Positions 19,671-28,515 are shown, counted from the first letter of the stretch. The stretch is 64,000 nt of DNA from Candidatus Nezhaarchaeota archaeon (GCA_025059375.1 JANXDO010000001.1:44575-108574), one strand, 5' to 3'. A program made the numbers and translations. The notes: generated from the letters alone by a model not told the origin.

Positions 19671-20552
19671 ATGGATGGTCTAGAGCAACAACATTATTCT
19701 AAGCTCGAAGTTAAGCAAGAGATAACAAAATTTGCTAAGGATAGATGGGTTGGCATACACTGCATCAAAAAATATGTTAAGGGAGATAGGGTGATGGCTC
19801 GCTATCTCAACAAGAAACCAATAACGATAAGCACCCCAGATGACATAGACATACTGTGGCAAGAGCTTAAAGGTATAAGATCTATATACGCTACTGCCAT
19901 AAAATACCATAAAATCTCATCGATTAATGATGTGAAGAGCATAACTAACATGTCTTCATGTACACCAACCTGGGACGTGGATAATGACTTCAAACACTGG
20001 AAATCAACAATCGACTCTTGCTTAGAGATCGTGGGGGCCTTGAAGGACGAGGGGGTTGAAAAGTCAGTTTACATTAAGTGGAGTGGTGATGGGGCTCACG
20101 TGCACCTTCATGAGAACTCGCTAACTTATAAGTCATTGAAAGGCAGAACGCCACTAGACGTGGCCTATGCGATAGTCGAGTACATAAGACTAAAGGTTGA
20201 ACCAAGAGTACAAGAAATTGCAGTACGTGATAATTGTACCTTGAAGGTTGAGAATAAGATGGACGTGCAGCGCATGTTTACATGCCCACTAAGCCTCCAT
20301 AGAGATCATGATAGAGTCTGCATATGTATGAAGCCAAGTGCGCTATACTACTTCAATCCATCGTGGGTCAATCCAAACGCTTACAACCACGACGGTAGAT
20401 GGCAATCTTATGAGGAGGGGGAGGCTGACGAGCTTGCTGAAAAAGCCTTAAACGTCATAGGCGGCTTTCCAGCTAAGAAAGCTAGGGCTAGGAGGTTCCC
20501 AAGGGTTGACGAAATGATAGTTAAGTGGCTAAAAACCATTAATGGCATTTAA
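19671..20552 (+). CDS. archaeo-eukaryotic primase (AEP) fold protein, compact PriS-like
   Basis: The three AEP motifs occur in order: WDVDND (DxD), KWSGDGAHVHL (SGxGxH), MDVQRMFTCPLSLH (D..R....P.SLH). Confidence 0.55.
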   Translation: MDGLEQQHYSKLEVKQEITKFAKDRWVGIHCIKKYVKGDRVMARYLNKKPITISTPDDIDILWQELKGIRSIYATAIKYHKISSINDVKSITNMSSCTPTWDVDNDFKHWKSTIDSCLEIVGALKDEGVEKSVYIKWSGDGAHVHLHENSLTYKSLKGRTPLDVAYAIVEYIRLKVEPRVQEIAVRDNCTLKVENKMDVQRMFTCPLSLHRDHDRVCICMKPSALYYFNPSWVNPNAYNHDGRWQSYEEGEADELAEKALNVIGGFPAKKARARRFPRVDEMIVKWLKTINGI

Positions 20553-21024
20553 AGCTCTCTAAAGCTCCCTTAAATGCTCTCTCGCCATCCTCCTCACATC
20601 CTGAGCTACTAACACTGTAAATTATCATAATTCTGTTCGTGCGGTCACAGAAGAGGTGCATAGTTCGAACATCTTGCTCCACGTATGACTTCGTGAAGAC
20701 ACCCCCATGGCTTACTGATATCTTCATGTGAGCTGTGAGAGCCCTATGCCCATTAACTTCGATCACCCCCCTCGTTAGGATTTCAAATCTCTTAATCTGC
20801 TTGCTTTTAGAGAGACTCTGCACCATGTACTCCACGTAACTATCTAAATCGTCATGCCTCTTCAATGCATCACTAAGAGGGCCCCATAGCAAGGTCATGT
20901 AAGAACCCCTATTAGACCTAAAAATTACCTCACCATCCTCTCTCCTGAGCTTTCTAAACTCAACGATCCACTCCTTGGGGTAATTAACCCCAACCCCATA
21001 AACCTCGAACCTCTCAACCTCCAT
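20539..21024 (-). CDS. hypothetical protein
   Basis: 161-aa ORF with ordinary composition and no motif recognised. Its 3' end overlaps the primase-like gene by 14 nt. Confidence 0.45.
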   Translation of the reverse strand: MEVERFEVYGVGVNYPKEWIVEFRKLRREDGEVIFRSNRGSYMTLLWGPLSDALKRHDDLDSYVEYMVQSLSKSKQIKRFEILTRGVIEVNGHRALTAHMKISVSHGGVFTKSYVEQDVRTMHLFCDRTNRIMIIYSVSSSGCEEDGERAFKGALESFKCH

Positions 21025-21620
21025 CCCTTAGACCTCCAAGTGCGATAGCACCATCTTCTAACTTATACATTTGCCTAAACTTAACATATACTAAACGACT
21101 CACAATCAATTCCACTTCCTCCGACCCTGCTATATCCCTTGGTAGTTTAATGACAATCACGTCATTTCATTCAACAGTAACCTGTAAAATCTTCTAACTA
21201 ACCCCCCCACTATAGAGATCAAAGACAAAACATAAACGTGGTGAGAATACAATGAAAATAGACGCCGCTCTTAAGTGACTAGCACTAAAATCATAACATT
21301 GATGGTGGAGGTTGCCGTAGACCTCTATGAATATCATAGTGACTAGCACATTCGATTAGAGTGGGGCTTAAACAGCATTCTGGCATGACGACAAGTATTC
21401 CACACCGGCTCCATCACATTCTACACGATCCAATTTTATCTTTGAGAGCCCTTTTAGGTACGTCGCGGCCACACGATGGCAAGACGTCAAACTTACCGCC
21501 TAACACGACATTACATCAATCTCAGAGCAAATTTTAATAGCGTAGCGAGGAGACAGTAATATACTGACGTGAAGTTCTATGTTCCAATTACTAATGGGAG
21601 TAGGAGAGAGGATCTTCGGC

Positions 21621-21719
21621 ATGCTACCAGAGACCTTTGCTAGTTTAGTGGTGCCGGTCGCGGTCATAGTGATAACACTGCTAGTATGGGCCTTAACGTG
21701 GAGGCCTCCTCCAGAATAG
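21621..21719 (+). CDS. possible 32-aa single-TM micro-protein upstream of the symporter
   Basis: ATG..TAG reads MLPETFASLVVPVAVIVITLLVWALTWRPPPE. The stop lies 1 nt before the symporter start. It is below the ORF-track size cutoff. Confidence 0.3.
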   Translation: MLPETFASLVVPVAVIVITLLVWALTWRPPPE

Positions 21720-21720
21720 C

Positions 21721-23364
21721 GTGGTGATGAACATGCCTCAATACGCATTGAACGTTGATGCTCTAATAGTATTCATACTCTACCTAATAGCTATAGCCAT
21801 TATAGGCTACTTTGGTGCCAAGAGGACGAAAACGGTAGCCGACTTCGTTGCTGCTTCAGGTCAGCTCGGCTTCTGGACCTACGTGCTCCTAATGGTAGGC
21901 TCAGTGCTAAGCGGCATGAGCCTCATAGGCGTAGCAGGGCTAGGCTTTACTTCTGGTTGGTCAAACGTATGGGAGAGAGTAATAGGTCCAGCCTTTGCGA
22001 TATCATTCTGCACAGTCCTTGTCGGCTACAAACTATGGCCTCTTAGAAAGAAGTACAACTTGCTAACGATACAAGATTACTTCGCCATACGCTACGAGGA
22101 TCCAAAAGCTATGAGAGCCATAGCTGGCATAATTTCAGCGATAACCTGCTTTGCTTACCTTCTAGGGCAGTTCGCAGCAATAGGTGTTGTAAGCGAAGTA
22201 ATATTAGGGGTGCCGTACTTCATAGGCTCCTTAATAGCACTACTGGTTGTCGTTGGCTACGTGATGACCGGCGGAATGTTCTCAACCGCTTGGACGACAT
22301 TCCTCCAAGCTATACTAATGATAGCTGGCGTATACATTACTGTACCAATAATAATACAGTGGGTTGGTGGCTGGACTGCTCTTAACGAACTTGCATCACA
22401 AGTTCCAACACTCCAACAGACGTATAGAGGTCAACCCCCAACATACCTATTCGGCCCCTTCCTCGATAAGCCTGGATCACTCGATCCGAGATTAACATTA
22501 GTTGGCTGGACATTCAACTTCACGTTGTTCGGTATAACTGTACCTCTTGGACTATTGGTTGCCCCCCACATAGTCAACAACGTACTATGCTATAAGGACG
22601 TTAAATACACAAAGTGGGCTCCCATAGTAACCTACGTATTAGCTGTAATATTACTACTATTCACCTCCATCGCTGGACTAGCTGCTAGGGTTGCGTGGGC
22701 TCAGGGTCGCCTTGATCTTAAGGCGCTGACGCTCGCGGGCGGAGTGACAGTGGCGTGGTCCGACATGGCCTATCCAACCATAGCGACGCTCGCTCTACCG
22801 TACGCCCTCTTCATATTCCTGCTTCCATGTGTGCTAGCAGCCGTCATGTCCACAACTGATAGGCTCCTAGTCACCGCAGCCAGCAACATCTCCTACGATG
22901 TGGTTAAGAATGTCTTTAAGCCAGATATCTCAGAGAAAGCCCTTACATGGATATCTAGGGGGCTAGTAGCTGCGTTCGGCATCATTGCTTGGGCACTAAC
23001 CATAACTCCTCAACCCATGCTAGCATGGTTCATATGGGCGGCTTTATCAGTTATAATAAGTACGTTCCTCTGGCCAGTGCTGGGCGGCCTCTACTGGCGT
23101 AGAATGAATAAGCATGCAGCTAGGTGGGGAATGATAGTAGGGCTAGTGACCTCTTTAGTATTCGTGTACTTGGCCTACGAGTATTGGGGCAGGGCTGTTC
23201 GAGTCGTCGTTGACACCACCACGCTGTTCGTGATGTTCCCATCAATCCCTGGCCTCATTGCTAGCACGATAGTCACCCTAATACTAGCATACGTTACTAA
23301 ACCTCAATCTGAGCAAGTGCTAAAAGAGACTTTAACTGGTCCATTCCTAAGAGCGAGATCTTAA
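21721..23364 (+). CDS. sodium:solute symporter family (SSS) transporter
   Basis: 547 aa with about 13-14 TM segments and SSS-like N-terminal blocks (FVAASGQLGFW). The substrate is unknown. Confidence 0.8.
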   Translation: MVMNMPQYALNVDALIVFILYLIAIAIIGYFGAKRTKTVADFVAASGQLGFWTYVLLMVGSVLSGMSLIGVAGLGFTSGWSNVWERVIGPAFAISFCTVLVGYKLWPLRKKYNLLTIQDYFAIRYEDPKAMRAIAGIISAITCFAYLLGQFAAIGVVSEVILGVPYFIGSLIALLVVVGYVMTGGMFSTAWTTFLQAILMIAGVYITVPIIIQWVGGWTALNELASQVPTLQQTYRGQPPTYLFGPFLDKPGSLDPRLTLVGWTFNFTLFGITVPLGLLVAPHIVNNVLCYKDVKYTKWAPIVTYVLAVILLLFTSIAGLAARVAWAQGRLDLKALTLAGGVTVAWSDMAYPTIATLALPYALFIFLLPCVLAAVMSTTDRLLVTAASNISYDVVKNVFKPDISEKALTWISRGLVAAFGIIAWALTITPQPMLAWFIWAALSVIISTFLWPVLGGLYWRRMNKHAARWGMIVGLVTSLVFVYLAYEYWGRAVRVVVDTTTLFVMFPSIPGLIASTIVTLILAYVTKPQSEQVLKETLTGPFLRARS

Positions 23365-23596
23365 AGCCTAAACCCTTTTTTACATTATTAATTGCTAAAT
23401 AGCTTTACGGCTTTGTTTTGAGCGCTTATATGGCCATGGCAGTCGATAGTAGCTCCCAATAAGCTAAGCTGAATTTAAAGAGCATTTACGTCAAGGTGAG
23501 AACAGTATCTTCTCGAGATTTCTAGATGCTAAAACACACATTAAAGGTTATCAGTAACCTCTAATAGGCTGATTAGGAGGATGGTGAGAAGGGAGA

Positions 23597-23830
23597 ATGT
23601 CTAAATGTGACCTCGTAGTGGATGCCCGTGGTCTTTCATGCCCAATGCCCTTGGTAAAGGCGTCACAGAGCATTAAGCAAGTCCCTATAGGCGGGGTAAT
23701 TGAAGTGCTAGCAACAGATCCAGCATCGAAAGAGGATATACCTAGATGGGCGAGGAGGATGGGTCATGAGGTCATTGAGGTTAGAGAAGAAAGTGGCGTC
23801 TTCCATGTATTTATAAAGAGGATGAAGTAG
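23597..23830 (+). CDS. tusA: TusA/SirA-family sulfur carrier protein
   Basis: 77 aa with DARGLSCPMPLVKA (the conserved CPxP active-site Cys). Confidence 0.9.
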   Translation: MSKCDLVVDARGLSCPMPLVKASQSIKQVPIGGVIEVLATDPASKEDIPRWARRMGHEVIEVREESGVFHVFIKRMK

Positions 23831-23831
23831 G

Positions 23832-24191
23832 ATGTCTAAGGAGGATATAGTCTTCGTCTTAAATAACGGTAAACCTGATGGTGCATCCTTTCCATTCATG
23901 TTCTCATCAGCAGCACTAAACTTAGGCGTTAAGGTTAAGATAATAGTGCTTGGTGGTGCAGTAGAAGCCTTTATGAAGCGAAACTTTGAAAGAATAGTCT
24001 TTAGCAAAGCACCGGAACCAGTTGATCTACTCCCTCAACTACTAGAAATGGACCTCGAAATAATGGCGTGTAAAGCATGTATTGACGCTTTAAGAGTATC
24101 ATCAGAGGAACTTATAGATGGAATTAAGATAATGGGACCCGTAACCTTCATAGAGGAAACTACAAGCGCTAATGCCACAATATCATTGTAA
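23832..24191 (+). CDS. DsrE/DsrF-like family protein (COG2044-type)
   Basis: 119 aa with a DsrE-fold layout and an ACKAC cysteine pair. It starts 1 nt after the tusA stop. Confidence 0.65.
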   Translation: MSKEDIVFVLNNGKPDGASFPFMFSSAALNLGVKVKIIVLGGAVEAFMKRNFERIVFSKAPEPVDLLPQLLEMDLEIMACKACIDALRVSSEELIDGIKIMGPVTFIEETTSANATISL

Positions 24192-24274
24192 AGCAAGGCT
24201 ATGATGCCAAGATCATACCCAGCTGTCCTGTTATTCTTCCCAGTTTATAGTTTAAATGGAGGTGTAGCAACGCG

Positions 24275-26617
24275 TTGAGAAATGAGGATCATAGAATAGG
24301 GGTCTTCATATGTGCTTGTGGAGGCAATGTAAGCAACATCATTGATATCAACAAAGTGGCGGAGGAAGTTTCTAAGCTTAATGGCGTTACTGTAGTTAAG
24401 ACGTATGATTACTTTTGTTCAGAACCAGGTCAAAAGATTATTGAGGAGGAGAGCAGGAGGAACAACATCAACAGGTTGATTGTAGCTGCTTGCACTGAGA
24501 ACATGCACTTAAAGACATTTAGAGACGTTGCATCAAGAGCTGGTGTAAACCCATACCAGCTGGCGAGGGTCAATTTGAGAGAGCATAACTCTTGGACTCA
24601 AAGCGACAAAGAAGGAGCAACAGCTAAGGCGATATCGACGATAGCTAGCGTGGTGGAAGCGAGTAAGTACATGGAGCCTCTACAGCCACTAAAAAGTGAG
24701 GTTAAGAGGAAGGCGCTTGTAATCGGAGGGGGCATAGCAGGGATAACAGCAGCACTTGAACTAGCTGATGCTGGCATAGAGGTAGCGCTCATAGAGTCGA
24801 AGCCGAGCATAGGAGGGCACATGGCACAATTGAACAAGACTTTCCCAACATTAGATTGTTCGCAGTGCATCTTAACTCCAAAGATGGTTGAAGTCGTAAA
24901 CCACCCAAACATAAAGCTCTATGCCTACTCTGAAGTCAAGAACGTTGAGGGATCTCCAGGAAACTATAAGGTCACAATATTCATGAAGCCGCGTGGAGTA
25001 GACCCAACCAAGTGTGTAAGCTGCGGATTATGTTCAGAGAAGTGTCCAGCATCAACGATCAACGAGTTTGATGAAGGTCTCTCTAAGAGGAAAGCCATAT
25101 ACAAGCCCTTCCCCCAAGCTGTCCCTTCAGCGTACACTATAGACTTCAATGCTTGTAAGAGATGTGGCTTGTGTGCAAAAATATGTCCAAGAGGAGCTAT
25201 AAACCTGGATGATAAGGGTCAAGTGGTTGAACTTGACGTTGGCGCAATAATTCTCGCAACAGGCTTCGACTTAATAGACTTGAGATCATACGATGAGTGG
25301 GGTTACGCCAAGCACCCCGACGTCATAACATCCCTTCAATTAGAGAGACTTATATCTCCGATAGGTCCGACAAGGGGGGCCCTACTTAGACCAAGTAATG
25401 GTCAATCTGTCAGCAGCATAGTGTTCATCCTATGTGCTGGCTCACGAGATACTAGTGGTAGAGGTGTACCATACTGTAGCAAGATATGCTGCATGTACTC
25501 CATGAAAAACGCCATACTCATAAAGGAACTCATGCCATCAACCGTCATCTGGATATTCTACATAGACATCAGAGCAGCCGGCAAAGGCTATGAAGAGTTT
25601 TATGAGAAGTGTAGGAGGGAGGGTGTAATCTTCGTTAGGGGAAAGGTAAGTGAAGTTGAATATAATCATCAAAGTGGGAAGCTAATCGTTAAAGCTGAAG
25701 ATACCCTCCTCTGTAGCCCAATTGAGGTTGAGACTGATCTAGTTGTGTTGTGTCCAGCTATTGTGCCCAGCCGATCTATTCTTGAGCTCGTAGAGAAACT
25801 TAAGATGTCACTATCTGAGGATGGCTTTATCCAAGAGAAGCACCCCAAGATAGATCCAGTAGCGACCTTAAAGGAGGGAGTTTACGTTTGTGGCTGTGCC
25901 TCGAGCCCTAAGGACATAAGGGAGAGCGTTGTTGAAGCACAAGCAACAGCTAAAAGAGTCCTTGAACTGCTAGCAAGTGACTTCATAACCATTGAGCCAG
26001 AGAAGGCAATAATAGATGAAAACAAGTGTACAAACTGCGGCATCTGCATAAGTGCTTGTCCATATAGAGCGATATCAAGCTTAAACGGCAAGACGAAGAT
26101 AGACGTAATCTCATGCACTGGCTGTGGTGCATGTATACCAGAGTGTCCAGTAAATGCCATAGAGCTTAAGCACTTCTCAAAGAAGATGCTCAAAGCTATG
26201 ATTGATGGTGCGGTTAGCAGCGCAACATTTAGGCCATTAATATTAGCCTTCGTGGAGAAGAAGATAGCATACTCAGCAATGGATCAAGTAGGCTTAAATA
26301 GGCTCAAGTACCCTCACAACATCGTACCGATATACGTACCGTCAACTGCTTACATTAGCCTCGACGACTTAATATACGCCTTCTCGAGAGGTGTAGATGC
26401 GATAGCCCTCCTTGAAGGGAAGCCAGAGCTAATAGAGCTAATGAAGAAGAGAATTAAGAAGTTTCACGACAAGCTTGATGAAATGGGAATTGAGTCTATG
26501 AGGCTATGGTTCACTGACGCCCCATTACCAGCCTTCAGGAAGCTAAGGGACTTCCTCGAGCAGATCAAATCCATGGCTGAAGAGTTGGGACCACCACCCA
26601 AGCTTGAAGTCACCTAA
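24275..26617 (+). CDS. hdrA: heterodisulfide reductase subunit A (long, methanogen-type) with C-terminal MvhD-like extension
   Basis: N-terminal Cys domain (GVFICACGGN). FAD motif GGGIAGITAALELA. TLDCSQCILTPKM, CAGSRD and YCSKICCMY blocks. Four CxxCxxCxxxCP ferredoxin motifs. A 146-aa tail with MvhD-like blocks. Confidence 0.9.
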   Translation: MRNEDHRIGVFICACGGNVSNIIDINKVAEEVSKLNGVTVVKTYDYFCSEPGQKIIEEESRRNNINRLIVAACTENMHLKTFRDVASRAGVNPYQLARVNLREHNSWTQSDKEGATAKAISTIASVVEASKYMEPLQPLKSEVKRKALVIGGGIAGITAALELADAGIEVALIESKPSIGGHMAQLNKTFPTLDCSQCILTPKMVEVVNHPNIKLYAYSEVKNVEGSPGNYKVTIFMKPRGVDPTKCVSCGLCSEKCPASTINEFDEGLSKRKAIYKPFPQAVPSAYTIDFNACKRCGLCAKICPRGAINLDDKGQVVELDVGAIILATGFDLIDLRSYDEWGYAKHPDVITSLQLERLISPIGPTRGALLRPSNGQSVSSIVFILCAGSRDTSGRGVPYCSKICCMYSMKNAILIKELMPSTVIWIFYIDIRAAGKGYEEFYEKCRREGVIFVRGKVSEVEYNHQSGKLIVKAEDTLLCSPIEVETDLVVLCPAIVPSRSILELVEKLKMSLSEDGFIQEKHPKIDPVATLKEGVYVCGCASSPKDIRESVVEAQATAKRVLELLASDFITIEPEKAIIDENKCTNCGICISACPYRAISSLNGKTKIDVISCTGCGACIPECPVNAIELKHFSKKMLKAMIDGAVSSATFRPLILAFVEKKIAYSAMDQVGLNRLKYPHNIVPIYVPSTAYISLDDLIYAFSRGVDAIALLEGKPELIELMKKRIKKFHDKLDEMGIESMRLWFTDAPLPAFRKLRDFLEQIKSMAEELGPPPKLEVT

Positions 26618-26715
26618 TCGAGGTGAAGGTAGCAATCAAGATCTAATGGAGATCTCAACTTTACGAGCACAATAAGCCTTTAGAAATAAATTGAGAGAAA
26701 CGTCAAGATGTAGAG

Positions 26716-27159
26716 GTGGCGTCCATGGTCAAGGTTGGAGAGTTTGAGCTCCCTGATGAACTTTACTATTGGCGAAAGGGGTTAACGTGGGCTAAGCTTG
26801 AGCCAGACGGTAGGATAAGAGTGGGCTTAACGGATCTTGGTCAAAGGATAGCTGGAAAGATCCTTACCGTCAGAATTAGAGCTAAAGGAGCAAAGGTCAT
26901 GCAGGGTAGACCTATAGCAACAATAGAGACAGCGAAATGGGTTGGACCACTAGAGTCTCCAATATCTGGAATTATAGACGAAGTCAATGAGGAGCTCAAA
27001 TCAAATCCGGCTCTATTGAACGAAGACCCCTACGGTAAGGGGTGGATAGCAATACTAAAACCTTTAAATGTTGACGAGGAACTTAAAAGTCTAGTGAAAG
27101 GTGGAACACCTGAAGCCATAGAGTGGTATAAGGCTGAGATCAAAAGTAGGGTGAAGTAG
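26716..27159 (+). CDS. glycine cleavage H-protein-like putative lipoyl carrier protein (LbpA-like candidate)
   Basis: The lipoyl-attachment context is conserved (IETAKWVGPLESPISGII), followed by NEDPYGKGWI. No gcvT/gcvP is present in the window. Confidence 0.8.
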   Translation: MASMVKVGEFELPDELYYWRKGLTWAKLEPDGRIRVGLTDLGQRIAGKILTVRIRAKGAKVMQGRPIATIETAKWVGPLESPISGIIDEVNEELKSNPALLNEDPYGKGWIAILKPLNVDEELKSLVKGGTPEAIEWYKAEIKSRVK

Positions 27160-27232
27160 TGAGCCCTTCAGTTGAATTACAATTTCAGCTAACTTTTTCT
27201 CCTTCTCACCTCCTTCTTTACTGGGAGCTTAG

Positions 27233-27592
27233 ATGATCTTAGGCATACTATTAAACACAGGCCCCTATTCATTTGAATACACGGACTTAGTGGTCAAGAT
27301 AGCCAGGGAGGCTGTTAAAAAAGGTCATAAGGTAAAGTTATACTTGTATGTGGATGGCGTTTACAATGCACTTAAATCCATAAACCCTCCTTTACCTGAA
27401 GAGAGAAACATAGCCGCCCTCCTCAAGGAGCTATTAAACTTGGGAGTTGATATCAAGGTGTGCCCAGTATGCGCTGAATATAGGGGAGTTAAAGATGATA
27501 AAAACTTGGTGAATGGAGTGAGCTACGAGGGTCTAGGGTATTTCGGGGAACTTGCAGCTGATTGCGACAAGCTACTCGTCTTCACGCATTAG
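27233..27592 (+). CDS. sulfurtransferase DsrE/TusD homolog
   Basis: GVYNA and KVCPVCAEYRGV (active-site Cys context) align with TusD/DsrE. Confidence 0.8.
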   Translation: MILGILLNTGPYSFEYTDLVVKIAREAVKKGHKVKLYLYVDGVYNALKSINPPLPEERNIAALLKELLNLGVDIKVCPVCAEYRGVKDDKNLVNGVSYEGLGYFGELAADCDKLLVFTH

Positions 27593-27594
27593 GG

Positions 27595-27960
27595 GTGTAT
27601 GAATTGGTCAGTTCTATTACCATAGTTTTAACGAAATCACCTTATGGCGATGTAGACACGATTGAAGGTTTAAGAGTTGCGTCTTCACTAGTGGCTTTCG
27701 GCATAGAGACTACGGTTGTGTTCATGGATGATGCTGTTTTATCATTAACCAAGACCCACAGGCCGGAGGGGGTGGGCATGCTATCCATTCATGGTGCGAT
27801 AAGGGCATTAACAGGTGCAAGGATTCTCGTGCACACACCATCTCTTGACGAGAGGTCTCTTTCAAGAGAAGATCTAATCGAAGGAGTGCCTTTCGAGCTC
27901 ATTAATGATGACGATCTTGTTGAGATGATAGCTAAAGCTGACATTACTTTCACAATGTGA
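27595..27960 (+). CDS. sulfurtransferase DsrF/TusC homolog
   Basis: TKSPYGD..EGLRV and SLDERSL blocks resemble TusC. The GTG 3 nt after the dsrE-like stop is preferred over the overlapping TTG at 27562. Confidence 0.7.
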   Translation: MYELVSSITIVLTKSPYGDVDTIEGLRVASSLVAFGIETTVVFMDDAVLSLTKTHRPEGVGMLSIHGAIRALTGARILVHTPSLDERSLSREDLIEGVPFELINDDDLVEMIAKADITFTM

Positions 27961-27971
27961 GGCTGGTATTG

Positions 27972-28286
27972 ATGAGCATACTGTATGTGTTGTATAAATC
28001 CCCCCTAACTCATCGAGTTCCACTGAAGGCACTCGACATCATTGAAAAACAAGTTGATAGGGGCTATAAGGTCAATGTGCTCCTCCTCTCTGATGCAGTT
28101 ATAGCCTTAGTGAGTAAAAGTCTAAAGCCACGCTTGAAGGTTTTAAGAAGTAGGGGCAGTATTATATATGCCTTAAAGGAGGATCTTGAAGCGCGCGGAA
28201 TAACTAGTGACATCGCGACTCCTGTCAGTTACAGTGAAGTAGTGGATTTGATAGAAGCTCATGAAAAAGTGAGCAGCTGGTCTTAA
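27972..28286 (+). CDS. sulfurtransferase DsrH/TusB homolog
   Basis: MSILYVLYKSP N-terminus, YALKEDLEARG, and a C-terminal SSWS resemble TusB. The alternative start at GTG 27957 overlaps the dsrF-like stop. Confidence 0.7.
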   Translation: MSILYVLYKSPLTHRVPLKALDIIEKQVDRGYKVNVLLLSDAVIALVSKSLKPRLKVLRSRGSIIYALKEDLEARGITSDIATPVSYSEVVDLIEAHEKVSSWS

Positions 28287-28515
28287 CTTTTTATTACTAG
28301 CAGTGCATCACTCCATTAACTTCAATGTAGCACATGCGCTAGCTAAACAATTTAACAGGAGCTCTAAGTGTGATGTAAACTAATCCATTCTCAAGTTTTT
28401 AAGCTTATCAACCTCACACCTTTAAATCAAACAAATCAATTTTAAAAGCAGTATTACACCTATTAGGCTCTCTACTCATGGTAATGCTTAATAGTTTCGT
28501 ATTTAATGGTTTTCA

